A stretch of DNA of 64,000 nt from Promethearchaeota archaeon (GTDB lineage Archaea; Asgardarchaeota; Lokiarchaeia; Sigyniarchaeales; SOKP01), in NCBI GenBank assembly GCA_016840085.1, contig JAEOTA010000012.1, forward strand, positions 132,847 through 196,846, in the 5' to 3' direction. The notes under the pieces were generated by a model that had not been told where the DNA came from, searched no databases, and worked only from the letters and a program-made list of their open reading frames with translations. Below are positions 40,790 to 50,615 of the stretch, one piece after another. A program made the translations under genes and the position numbers. The first letter of the stretch is position 1, and each line of letters begins with the position of its first letter.

Positions 40790-41436
40790 CTAAAGTTAAA
40801 TTTTTATTTTATAATTTACACCCTAAATCATTCTATTTTTAAGTATAAAAATAGCAACTAATTCAATTATTTATCTTTAGGAATTCTATAACTTTTTAGT
40901 TAGTTTGATTACAACTTAGAGACAAACACGAATGGAAGTTTATAATTAATAACCTACTTGGTTGATAAGTAGCTTTTTAAGTGAAATTATAGATTTAAGT
41001 ATATATCTTTAGAGAAAGCTCATTTCATTGAAATCTTTTTTTTTCTTAAAATAATTCAATAAGGGTCTTAGTTTTAAATCAATATATTTTTCAATATTTT
41101 GAATTATTTCTTTTTTAATTTCCTCTAGTTGATCTCTGTATAGTAAAATATATCCATTATTTCCCATAACTCCATTTATTATGGAAAGGCTCTCCATTTA
41201 AATTTCTGACCTCAGCGGAAGTTTTCTATAATCATTTCATAGTACCCAGATATTATATAATAAATTTTTATTCCGAAATAGCTTCATAGGTAATATTTAT
41301 TGTTAACAGATGGTTTTTTAAATTGCTAAACCTTAGAAAAAATTAAGATTATTTCAAAATAGAAGGAAATGTAAATAATCAAGAACACTAATTTTCATAA
41401 CATAATATTATATTTTAATAAATATGATTTAGTGTC

Positions 41437-41952
41437 TTAAACAAATCTATGATATTTTTCGGGCGTAAAATTAATATTTAAATCTAATAATATCTCGGGT
41501 AATTCAATAAAAAAGCTAATAAGGAGATCCTTGTAATATTCTTCCAGTTCAGTGTAATTTAACAAATCAACTTCATTATCATTTTTTTTATGAGATCTCA
41601 AAGTTTTTTTAATATTATTTTCTTTTCTTTCATCATAATCTTTATCTCTGTATTTTAAAAATTCCTGAATCGTCTTTCTAATAACTTTTCTACCTAATAC
41701 TGTTATTGTGTATTTTAATGGACGTGAATTAATAGTCTTAACATAATTCTTAAGTCTTAGGCGTTTCATTGTTTGAGAAACTTGACTACTACTTCTGTTT
41801 AAATATTCCTTTATTTCACTAAAATAAGCGGAATCTTCTCTTCTAGTAAAATAAAACAGAATTTTAAAAGTAGTAATTGAAATTGTCCTTGGTCTATAAT
41901 CATAATTTGATTTTGTTTGATTTATATCAATTACTAGTTTATTCACTTTCAT
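41437..41952 (-). CDS. MarR/TrmB-like winged-helix regulator
   Basis: SEIKEYLNRSSSQVSQTMKRL..KNYV....RP..YTIT..GR. Confidence 0.75.
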   Translation of the reverse strand: MKVNKLVIDINQTKSNYDYRPRTISITTFKILFYFTRREDSAYFSEIKEYLNRSSSQVSQTMKRLRLKNYVKTINSRPLKYTITVLGRKVIRKTIQEFLKYRDKDYDERKENNIKKTLRSHKKNDNEVDLLNYTELEEYYKDLLISFFIELPEILLDLNINFTPEKYHRFV

Positions 41953-42249
41953 TGAGCTACATAGAATGAATTAACATATGCTATAAGTAGTTAATATTAT
42001 CATTTTTTTATAAAGGAAAAAAATTCTTCTAGACTTTCAGTAAAAATTATGGTCTCTTTTTCCATATATATTATTATTTTATTAATCTCATCGTCTAATA
42101 TTATTTAGTAGGTATGTTAAGAACGTAGCATTTGTAGTATCCTCAATACTTCTGATTTTTTAATATAATGTCCCTTTTGGGGGCATATCGTGATTTAGGT
42201 AGGCAAAAACCTTATAAAATTTATATTTAAATTGTATCTTAAAGAAATG

Positions 42250-42273
42250 CAAGAGGTATAAGTTTACCTCTTG
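42250..42273. promoter_or_regulatory. Perfect 9-bp inverted repeat with a 6-bp spacer
   Basis: CAAGAGGTA-TAAGTT-TACCTCTTG. Confidence 0.55.
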
Positions 42274-42579
42274 TGAGTTTTCAAAAATAAATCAAAATCC
42301 TTTATAAATAAATCGATATAGTAACAATCTATTTTTCAAAATATTCCAAAATTTTTCAAAAAAAATGCAAAATCATTTATAAAGATAAAAATTGGAATTT
42401 CATTTTCTTTTTTCATAAATAATACAAAAATCTTTTGATCTATTAAATGAAGAGTTTAAAAAAAAGATTCAAAATCCCTAGAATATTTGGATAAAACTAT
42501 TATAAATATATTTTAAATGAAATATAACTCTCGTTTGACTATTTTCCCGATAACCAGTGTCTCAAGCCCGTGGTGACAA

Positions 42580-42721
42580 CCTAATTAAGTAGCAAAATGC
42601 AATATCGCCTCCTGTATCGCCTTCTTAATTAGTAGGGAATAAGTGATACTAACCCTTCTCTAGCCTTCCTAATTACATAGGGAACTGCGATACAACATCA
42701 CTTATCGCCGCACAGAATGAA
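42580..42721 (+). repeat. Cluster 1 of ~44-bp degenerate palindromic units (3 units)
   Basis: Consensus TAATTAGTAGGGAAnTGCGATA-N~11-TATCGCCTTC; ends CGCACAGAATGAA. Confidence 0.75.
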
Positions 42722-42826
42722 TTATGATTAGGTAGTTTTAGTAATTTTTAATGAAAAAATATCTGGATTATTTAAGCTTTCTTACTTTAAATAACATTTA
42801 TATATCAAATTAACAATCTTTCTAAT

Positions 42827-43081
42827 ATGGGAGATATATTACCAGAAGATGAAAATAGGAATTTAAAGTGTATTAATTGTGGAGAACCCGCAATTTTTCA
42901 GTATATGTACGGATGGATTGTTGATAAGTTAATTGATGATACAGAATTTTGCTTATGTCTCAATTGTGCTAAAATGATTGGATCAAATATCGTTCAGGAT
43001 GTATTAAGAAAGGAAATCAATTTTAAACCTATAGGGAACAATAAGAAATTTATTGAGATGCTTAAAGAGAAATTTTCTTAA
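42827..43081 (+). CDS. Small zinc-binding protein
   Basis: CINC...LCLNC; lies between repeat clusters 1 and 2. Confidence 0.65.
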   Translation: MGDILPEDENRNLKCINCGEPAIFQYMYGWIVDKLIDDTEFCLCLNCAKMIGSNIVQDVLRKEINFKPIGNNKKFIEMLKEKFS

Positions 43082-43128
43082 AAGTTCTTTAAAGTATTGT
43101 GTATTATTAATAGAACTATAGTAGCTTT

Positions 43129-43223
43129 CTAATAACATAGAGTATTATGATAAAACACCATTTATCTCCTTCTAATTAATACGGAAATGCGATACGACAC
43201 CTCTTATCCTCGCACAGAATGAA
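43129..43223 (+). repeat. Cluster 2 of ~44-bp units (2 units)
   Basis: TAATTAATACGGAAATGCGATACGACACCTCTTATCCTCGCACAGAATGAA; same terminal motif as cluster 1. Confidence 0.75.
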
Positions 43224-43231
43224 TATTATTT

Positions 43232-44704
43232 TTATTTTTTTTCAATTATAAAATCTCCAATTGGGAATTTGGCATATTCATTAGGATCATTCCTATTTAT
43301 TATTATATTAGTAAAATCAAAATTGGTTTTAGTAGGTTTTTCAATTCTGATAAAAATTTTCATACGAAAATCCATTAAATCTATAATTACTTCTTTAACC
43401 TCAATTAATCTTACTAAATCTTCGGGTTGATTACCTTCATTCGTATGGGTTACAATAAGATTATATAAACTTTTTTTATAATCCATTGGTAAATGTTCCA
43501 TAATAACATAATTTTCATTTTTGGAGATATCATATAGAAATTTTCCACGAATATTATTATTACTATTTTTCCATTTTAATTCAGCTTGTTTATAACCTCT
43601 ATAAATTTTGTTTAATCTTTTTATATAATTATATATTTCCAAAAAATCATCAGTTAGCTCTATTAATTCTTCTTTTTCAGATTCGTTTATAATTTCATCT
43701 TTCCATTGAAAAATTCCTCCAACATAATCTGCATAATTGTTAATAACCCCGAAAAATTTCAAGAATTTACGATAAGTAAAAAATTTGAATTTTTCAAGAA
43801 ATTCAACGGGTTTAATACTTTCCTTTTCTCCAATATCTTGTAATGATAAACCTTTATGATATAAATCATTTCTAATCCGATTCATTATCATAATGAAATC
43901 AAGCTCTTGATCGGTAAATATATCTCCTTCTTTATCAAACATTTGAAAAATTCTGTAGGTTGCAGGACTATAATTAGCTATATCTTTGGAAAGATCCCGC
44001 TTTAGCAGACTCTTATAGTTGTATTTTCCATTTAGAATATTTTCAAGGAGAATTTCTTCAGGTTCTAATCTTTCAATGAAACAATCTGTGATTTCTTTTA
44101 ATGTTTTAATAAATTCATTATATTTAGCTTTATTAATAACATACAAATAATTCTTATCTTTTTTCCAGTATTTAGAAGCTAAATGCTCCCAAGTATTCCA
44201 TAAAAGCCCTGCACTAATTTCAAACATAGTACTTCTTAATCCCGCGTTTAATTCTGCGATAAGATGAAACAATCCATCTTTTACTTGATTTTTAAGTATA
44301 TCTTCATACCATTTATCAAAAATAAATTGTATGATTTTTATCCTAACTCCTGAAAGAGAGAAGTGGTGTTTTTCAACAAAAGGTTCTGGAATTGGATATA
44401 AATGAGCTTTTTTGAGTAATATTTTTTCTTCAAAATAAAAATGATATGTCTCTTTTGAATAAAATTGATTTCCTAAGAGTAAGGAAAAAAAAGATATAAC
44501 TAACTCTATATTATACTTTAAGTCTCTCTCATTTTCTTCTATATCTGATTTTATTAATAAATATGAATAAGAGTTAATATCAAAAAAAATGGTTCCGCCA
44601 GCTTTTTCAGATTCAGAGGGCAATAACCAGATATTCTCTTTTAACCTTATAACACTATTACATTTCAAATACAAAATCCTAAAGATATAATAGTTAATGG
44701 TCAT
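43232..44704 (-). CDS. ApeA-like HEPN-domain protein (putative RNase effector)
   Basis: LLWNTWEHLA helix and RIRNDLYHKG (Rx4H). Confidence 0.7.
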   Translation of the reverse strand: MTINYYIFRILYLKCNSVIRLKENIWLLPSESEKAGGTIFFDINSYSYLLIKSDIEENERDLKYNIELVISFFSLLLGNQFYSKETYHFYFEEKILLKKAHLYPIPEPFVEKHHFSLSGVRIKIIQFIFDKWYEDILKNQVKDGLFHLIAELNAGLRSTMFEISAGLLWNTWEHLASKYWKKDKNYLYVINKAKYNEFIKTLKEITDCFIERLEPEEILLENILNGKYNYKSLLKRDLSKDIANYSPATYRIFQMFDKEGDIFTDQELDFIMIMNRIRNDLYHKGLSLQDIGEKESIKPVEFLEKFKFFTYRKFLKFFGVINNYADYVGGIFQWKDEIINESEKEELIELTDDFLEIYNYIKRLNKIYRGYKQAELKWKNSNNNIRGKFLYDISKNENYVIMEHLPMDYKKSLYNLIVTHTNEGNQPEDLVRLIEVKEVIIDLMDFRMKIFIRIEKPTKTNFDFTNIIINRNDPNEYAKFPIGDFIIEKK

Positions 44705-44720
44705 CTTTAATCCTTAAACT

Positions 44721-44887
44721 TTTATCTTATCCTATAATACACTCTCCAGCAATATAATTCTTTCCCCTTTTTCCTAATAATTCTTTTTCAGACCTCTTTT
44801 TTTAAGTTAAATTGGGAACTGTGATATCACCCCTTCTCTCGCCTTCTTAATTAGTAGTGACAATGTGATATAATACAACTTATCGTC
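44721..44887 (+). repeat. Composite intergenic module: 'B' element + cluster 3 of ~44-bp units
   Basis: TCTTATCCTATAATACA..CAGCAATATAATT, then GGGAACTGTGATA...TCGCCTTCTTAATTAGTAG...TGTGATA...TTATCG. Confidence 0.7.
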
Positions 44888-44918
44888 AAAAAAATTAATA
44901 GGTACATCTGAAAAAACA

Positions 44919-45452
44919 TTAATGAGTTATGATCTCAGGTTTTAGATTTGGACCAGGATGCCACAATAGCAATATTTTTTCAGGATATATAAAAGTTCTA
45001 TTTTTAAAAGCTTTTATAATGCTTTTATTAAGCAAATCAACCCCGTTGGAATAAATAAGCATAATTCCGTAATGATATTCACCAACTTCAATAAAGTCAA
45101 TTATTTTATCTAAATCATCCTCTAAATTAGTGATTGAATCGAAAATACTTTTAATCGGTTTAACTTCAATAATAGCTAAATTATAATCCATCTCGCCACG
45201 AGAATGAATAACAAAATCGGGTATCTTTGGACTTAGTATGGGGTGAGATTTTTTATCTAGTTCTCCATCCAACATATAGTTATAATCATCACCCAATAGA
45301 TTGCGTAGCTGATGATATAATTCATAACAAAAAACTCGTTCTCTGTATATATTATTTGGTAGATCACTTACTGAGATATTAATGTATTCTCCATCTACTC
45401 TTGTTATTGCTTTTATTAATTGTTCTAAAAAATTGTTAAAATCATTTTCCAT
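44919..45452 (-). CDS. PD-(D/E)XK (GxxExxY-like) nuclease-fold protein
   Basis: ERVFCYELY, IPDFVIH, IIEVK, DLDKI. Confidence 0.7.
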   Translation of the reverse strand: MENDFNNFLEQLIKAITRVDGEYINISVSDLPNNIYRERVFCYELYHQLRNLLGDDYNYMLDGELDKKSHPILSPKIPDFVIHSRGEMDYNLAIIEVKPIKSIFDSITNLEDDLDKIIDFIEVGEYHYGIMLIYSNGVDLLNKSIIKAFKNRTFIYPEKILLLWHPGPNLKPEIITH

Positions 45453-45481
45453 ATAATCATTTCATATTTAAAGTAATTTTT

Positions 45482-45650
45482 TCTTATCCTATATTACATT
45501 GTACAGCAATATAATTTTTTACACATTTTTAGGAACTGCAATTGGACAGCTTTTATTATCTTCTTAATTAAACATAATTATGCAATACATCCCATTCTAT
45601 CACCTTATTAATTGAGTAAGGAAAAGGGTGATTACACCAGTTATCTCTTC
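45482..45650 (+). repeat. Composite intergenic module: 'B' element + cluster 4 of ~44-bp units
   Basis: TCTTATCCTATATTACA..CAGCAATATAATT, then AGGAACTGCAAT...TATCTTCTTAATTA...TGCAATAC...TATCACCTT. Confidence 0.65.
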
Positions 45651-45774
45651 TATTCATTATATTAAATTTCCTCTCTTGAATGATTTTATGTAAATTTTAT
45701 TATATATTTGTTTTTAAAACACATTAAATTAGGAATATATATCACTCTTATTGGGATTGAAATTTTAAATTGAA

Positions 45775-45799
45775 TTTTTTTTTTTTTTTTTTTTTTTTT
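45775..45799 (+). repeat. Homopolymer T25
   Basis: Uninterrupted run of T. Confidence 0.8.
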
Positions 45800-45822
45800 C
45801 AAATAATTCTTGTCTTAACCTA

Positions 45823-47104
45823 TAATAAATGCAACAGAATTATATCTTTTTCATTAATTCTGTAGTTTTAAATTTATAGTGGATTATTCATTATTTGCTT
45901 AATAATGACAAAAAAAATTTACAAATTTAAAGTTCGTAGCAAGCTATATTTTGAAATTGAGAAACTAAATTCTTTAAAATATTGATAAAAATGAGTACTA
46001 ACAACATAGATTTTGATATTTTAAAAACGAAGTTAAAAAATAGATTAGCTTATATTCTATTCGTAGATTTATTCAATCCAACGATACATGAAGGGAAACT
46101 TGACACTTATATTGATAATATGAAATTAACCCTTGAATTGATTGATAGCTTATGTGTTAAAAATTATGATAAGGTTTATCCTCTAATTAATATTCCAATG
46201 GAAATTCAGATTAAGGAGTACCAAACTTTTTGTCTTCCTAAGAAACCTATTGAGGAAATAGGACAATTTTATTTTGAAAATGAAGAGATATTTCAAAATA
46301 AAGGTAGATTTAGACCAGCAGTTGAATATAAAAATATAAAGATTCTTTTTGATACAAAAAACTTTCTTCCTTTAGGATTACCAGACCATGCTTTAATTGG
46401 GATAAAGAATAATGCTGGTGCGTTTTTTATTGAAGAAAAATTTGTTTTAGATGATGCATTTTATTTTCTGGCTTATACCGAAAAGTTAATTGATGATTAT
46501 AAAAAAATCCCTGAAGGAATATCTAAAGAAAAAAAGAAATCTATAAGCCGTAATTTAAGAAGTAGTATATGTAGTAATTCTCGCTCCGCAATTCTATTTT
46601 TTAATAATTTTATTGAATGTTTTGTTAGTTCTATTGGTTTTAATTACTATTCCAACAATGAAAATTTGTTGTCCAAAGAGCAAAAAAGCATATTATTAAA
46701 GGGTAAGAAACTTGGGAAAAAATTTTTACCATTAAAGAGAAAAATTGTTGAGATTTTAGATATTATTTGTATAGATGATTCATTAAAATTAGTATGGAAT
46801 AAAGATAATCCAATAGATGAACCCTATACAAGTTTTTTCAAATTTATTCGCCAACTAAGGACTTTACTTGTTCATCCAGGACCAGTAAGGAATGGTATGT
46901 TTCAATCTCCAGCAGATTGGTACCAGGAATCTTACACATGCGGGAAAATTTGTATGGAAATATCACAAGATTTATGGAAAAGATGCTATCCCCATAGAGA
47001 ATTCCCAGAATATCTTGAGTTTCTTGATTTTGATAAAAATCTAAAAAAAGGATATAAACGATTAGATTTAGATTAATAAATGTAACAGAAATATATCTTT
47101 TTCA
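45823..47104 (+). repeat. 31-bp direct repeats (2 mismatches) bracketing the HEPN gene
   Basis: TAATAAATG(C/T)AACAGAA(T/A)TATATCTTTTTCA at 45823-45853 and 47074-47104. Confidence 0.75.
45982..47076 (+). CDS. HEPN-like domain protein
   Basis: AILFFNNFIECFV helix and LRTLLVHP (Rx4H). Confidence 0.6.
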   Translation: MIKMSTNNIDFDILKTKLKNRLAYILFVDLFNPTIHEGKLDTYIDNMKLTLELIDSLCVKNYDKVYPLINIPMEIQIKEYQTFCLPKKPIEEIGQFYFENEEIFQNKGRFRPAVEYKNIKILFDTKNFLPLGLPDHALIGIKNNAGAFFIEEKFVLDDAFYFLAYTEKLIDDYKKIPEGISKEKKKSISRNLRSSICSNSRSAILFFNNFIECFVSSIGFNYYSNNENLLSKEQKSILLKGKKLGKKFLPLKRKIVEILDIICIDDSLKLVWNKDNPIDEPYTSFFKFIRQLRTLLVHPGPVRNGMFQSPADWYQESYTCGKICMEISQDLWKRCYPHREFPEYLEFLDFDKNLKKGYKRLDLD

Positions 47105-47228
47105 CTCTTAACTAACAAATAGAGAATGTAATAAGAAAAAATCATTGTCAAATTATCTCCTCCAATAAATAAGGTATTAGAACGATCTTTAAAACGCCAA
47201 ATTGCTTAATTTATTCTCATACATAAAA

Positions 47229-47936
47229 TTATCCAATTTTTATTCTTGGTGGAATTATTGACTGTGTTGTCCTTGATACGATTTGTGATATGTTTTTTTC
47301 AATAGGTCGTAAATAAAGTGGTAATGTATCTGGTTCTCCGCTACGTCCTTCTTTCATTCCATATGTTCGATCACTTTCTCTAAAAGGATGTGGCACTACT
47401 ATCGTGAACCTTCCTCCATCGCACACAAGAGCGGTATAATAATCAACTCTAGATACATTGTAATATACGTTTATACCCACTGCCCAATATCTGGGATCAG
47501 GAAAGTCGGAAGCCCAATTGAAAGTGTAATTTTGCAATTCCTTAATAAGTTGTCTTGTTTCATCATCATATTGTAAATGCTCTCCTCTTCGTTCTGCTTC
47601 GATTTCTGGATCATTTTCACAATCATATTCGTCTTCCAACCGCAACGAAACATCTTTTTTATAGATATAAACCGATTTGTGAGTATTGTGAAGACATTTT
47701 TCTCTCCGTTCGCAATTATAACATTTTTGCTTTATTGAATCAATATCACATGAGTAGTGTATCCAATCATCATAGTTTGATGTCAATAAAATGTTCTTGA
47801 TATATTCTATGCTCTTGTTTCCACCATTCATTTTTTCTTTTAGTTTCTCTTGGACGAACCAACTAAGATTTAAATTAGTTAGTTCCACATATTCAGCAAG
47901 TTCATCGGATATAGTTATTTGTTTCCTAGTTGTCAT
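47229..47936 (-). CDS. Protein with an N-terminal RHH/CcdA-like domain and a Cys cluster
   Basis: RKQITISDELAEYV...NLSWFVQEKLKE; C...CYNC....C. Confidence 0.65.
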   Translation of the reverse strand: MTTRKQITISDELAEYVELTNLNLSWFVQEKLKEKMNGGNKSIEYIKNILLTSNYDDWIHYSCDIDSIKQKCYNCERREKCLHNTHKSVYIYKKDVSLRLEDEYDCENDPEIEAERRGEHLQYDDETRQLIKELQNYTFNWASDFPDPRYWAVGINVYYNVSRVDYYTALVCDGGRFTIVVPHPFRESDRTYGMKEGRSGEPDTLPLYLRPIEKNISQIVSRTTQSIIPPRIKIG

Positions 47937-47938
47937 AT

Positions 47939-48259
47939 CTAAATCACCAGTTTTTTATTCCTAATGATCAGATTATATTTTCTCTGAAAATATTCTAAAA
48001 TCCAGTCTTCTATTTCTCTATTTGCTTTGTTGATTACTTCTTCATTAAAATCATCCGATTCAACAATGCAACTAAAGTCAATCTCGATGGTTTTATGCTT
48101 CGTTCTTGCAATAAATTTTACATGTGGTGTGCGTTGATTACGAGCTAAAAAATCATTATGGTTACCATCAATCTGGATATTGAAACCTTCTTTTTCATTA
48201 TGTGTTTCTATTTCTTGTTCTTTTATAATATTATAATACCCAGTAATTTTCATTGACAT
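47939..48259 (-). CDS. Hypothetical protein
   Basis: ATG ORF ending 2 nt before the next start. Confidence 0.6.
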   Translation of the reverse strand: MSMKITGYYNIIKEQEIETHNEKEGFNIQIDGNHNDFLARNQRTPHVKFIARTKHKTIEIDFSCIVESDDFNEEVINKANREIEDWILEYFQRKYNLIIRNKKLVI

Positions 48260-48549
48260 ATTATTATGTATTGTGAATATTTTTGTGTATTATATGTCTT
48301 TATATGTATTTAAATTTTTTGATTTATTCTTTAATTTATCAAAACAATAATCTATTTATGTTTGCTTATATGGTACTAGCATCATCATAGATCATCGTAA
48401 AGCGTTGTTTATGCAAAAGCTGTATCCCATCCTATTTGAGATTGAGTGAAGCATTCACTTCTTTTTTAAGAAAAATATCGCATTCTGGACACGCCAAAGA
48501 ATTGTTAATTTCCTATTATTTTTTATATTTGTGAGATTACACTATAAAT

Positions 48550-49011
48550 ATGAACAATTTTTTAGTCAAGGATTTCGAAAATAAAGATATTGAATATTCT
48601 CTTAATGAATATAATTTTGATGAGAAAACTCTATACATTGCTCCAATTGAATTTAAAAATGATAACCCTGTATATATGGCAGATGCATTAAACTTTTATC
48701 AAAATGTGGATAAAATCGGAGGGATTAATGCTGAAATCTTAGTAAAAAGAGATAATTATACGCGTTTGACATATGATTTTGTCTCTATTTATCTGGGAAT
48801 GTTTATTGGCGTAGGTTTGTTTGCTCTTGGTCATTTTCTCTATGATCTTTTAAAGAACAGAAAAAAGATCGATCCAAATGAAGATATCTATATTAATTTT
48901 AAATATCTTGATATAGAAGAGGGTAAGGTCTATGAGTATTCAGGTGATTTTTCTGGGCTAAAGAAATTAACTCCTGATATATTGCAGAAAATCGAACCTT
49001 TATTAAAATAA
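48550..49011 (+). CDS. Hypothetical protein with one central TM segment
   Basis: FVSIYLGMFIGVGLFALGHFLYD. Confidence 0.65.
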   Translation: MNNFLVKDFENKDIEYSLNEYNFDEKTLYIAPIEFKNDNPVYMADALNFYQNVDKIGGINAEILVKRDNYTRLTYDFVSIYLGMFIGVGLFALGHFLYDLLKNRKKIDPNEDIYINFKYLDIEEGKVYEYSGDFSGLKKLTPDILQKIEPLLK

Positions 49012-49041
49012 GACAAGGAGGGTAGCAGTTATGAATTATGG

Positions 49042-49461
49042 ATGTATGCTCAAAGACAAATGGCAAAAAAGACATGGAAATCACTCCTTAGATATTTGAG
49101 AAAAATTGATTTATCTTTTTTTTCAGAAGATATCTTTAGAAATGAAACAATTTTTAATGAAGAGATATATAAAATATTAAGAGAAAAATTTCCAAATGTG
49201 AAAATGAACGAATTTATTTCAGGGCGCATACATGTTGATGTTTCTGAAACGAAAATTGCAATTGAGATTAAAAAATTGGAATCAAATACTCCAAAAGATG
49301 AATTAATTGGACAAATCAAGGAAGATCTAAGAATCGGAACATATATTTATGGAATAATTTTTGGAATTGACTATACAAGTAATAAAGATTTAATAAAATA
49401 TAATGAATTAATATTTGAGGATGGAAAAGTTTACTGTATTATTAAACCTTATCCATATTAG
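49042..49461 (+). CDS. Small PD-(D/E)XK restriction-endonuclease-fold protein
   Basis: EF...RIHVD...IAIEIK....LIGQ; SD GGAGGG upstream. Confidence 0.6.
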   Translation: MYAQRQMAKKTWKSLLRYLRKIDLSFFSEDIFRNETIFNEEIYKILREKFPNVKMNEFISGRIHVDVSETKIAIEIKKLESNTPKDELIGQIKEDLRIGTYIYGIIFGIDYTSNKDLIKYNELIFEDGKVYCIIKPYPY

Positions 49462-49502
49462 GAAGTATAGGAGACAATATCTTCTAAAAATTTATGATTA
49501 TT

Positions 49503-50150
49503 CTAATGTGTTTGATGTAAAATAATTGATATACCATGTTTTCTTAAAAATCCAATTAATTTAGCTTCATTGGGATAATAAATATATGAATTACACAAAT
49601 GATGAATAAATCTATTCCATATAACTCCTTTTTCTTGATCATTTAATGATTTTAATTTACCTTTTCGTATAATTTTGTTACTGAGTATCTCATTTTCTAT
49701 ATTTTTTCTATTTTTAATAAAAAAATACCCTAATGCTTCATAAGAAGGAATTTCCTTCTTGAATTCTTCCTTTACTTTGATTAACCATTCAAAAGAATAG
49801 CAAATAATATAGTCAACAATTATATTATCATCTAAATATATAACATTTCCCTCAGTTTTCTGGAATCGTCCAGGTTCATTTATAACATAGCTCTCATTAA
49901 CACATAACCTATTTAATATATTGTTTATATTATTTAGATCTCCTACACTCTCATACTTAATGCCAACTTTTACATGAAAGTAAGGAGAAGAGTAATGTGT
50001 ATAATAACAACCGTTAATTAAATTTTTTAATAAACTCTCTTTTAATATTTCATAAATAATAGCTCCCAAGTAATAAATACCATAATTTGAATATTCAGGT
50101 TTCGTCTTGATGTCTCTAATTTGAAAATTATCTAGGAGATCAGCTACAAT
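49503..50150 (-). CDS. Hypothetical protein; frame extends upstream of the ORF-track start
   Basis: Open to 50165; AGGTG precedes ATT at 50150. Confidence 0.55.
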   Translation of the reverse strand: MVADLLDNFQIRDIKTKPEYSNYGIYYLGAIIYEILKESLLKNLINGCYYTHYSSPYFHVKVGIKYESVGDLNNINNILNRLCVNESYVINEPGRFQKTEGNVIYLDDNIIVDYIICYSFEWLIKVKEEFKKEIPSYEALGYFFIKNRKNIENEILSNKIIRKGKLKSLNDQEKGVIWNRFIHHLCNSYIYYPNEAKLIGFLRKHGISIILHQTH

Positions 50151-50224
50151 AATACACCTATTAATTTATACAATATTACATAAATTGAATATATAATAAT
50201 ATTGAATAAATTTTTAGCAACTTT

Positions 50225-50430
50225 TTTGGAAAACTTAGCATTTATTTGGAAAACTTAGCATTTATTTGGAAAATTTAGCATTTATTTTGGAAATTCACAT
50301 TTACTTAAATTTCGAGGTTAAAAAGGAATCAAAGTTATTGTTAAAATTAAAAAATATACATTAATTTTGGATTATTTATGAAAAATTTTGGTTTATTTTG
50401 AAAAATTCTAGTTTATTTTTGAAAATTCAC
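50225..50430. repeat. 20-bp tandem repeat (three near-perfect copies) plus a second degenerate cluster
   Basis: TTTGGAAAA(C/T)TTAGCATTTA x3 at 50225-50284. Degenerate copies at ~50378-50430; both clusters end AAATTCACA. Confidence 0.85.
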
Positions 50431-50615
50431 ACCTCTCTAAGGTGTGATCATAATATATATTATTATACTAAATTAAGATGGGTATGTCCCCCACAACATC
50501 ACGTAGGTAGGTAAAATTATTTTTATTAAAAATTATCATGCTGTTCTATTTTATATATAAACTATGAATTGAAATACATACCAATTCAAAACCAAAACTT
50601 TTACTCCCTCCAGGA

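Noticed and set aside
41209-41219. 11-mer ACCTCAGCGGA shared with cdc6 (~38888)
   Set aside because: Too short; no extended similarity.
33000-42000. Intact provirus or conjugative element around cdc6
   Set aside because: No integrase, capsid, terminase, relaxase or att pair recognised; only remnants are supportable.
42580-45650. Classical attC sites or CRISPR
   Set aside because: No RYYYAAC/GTTRRRY ends, no integron integrase in the window, and no constant-repeat/unique-spacer pattern. Kept as an unexplained repeat family.
50225-50284. Possible CRISPR array
   Set aside because: Repeats are head-to-tail with no spacers.
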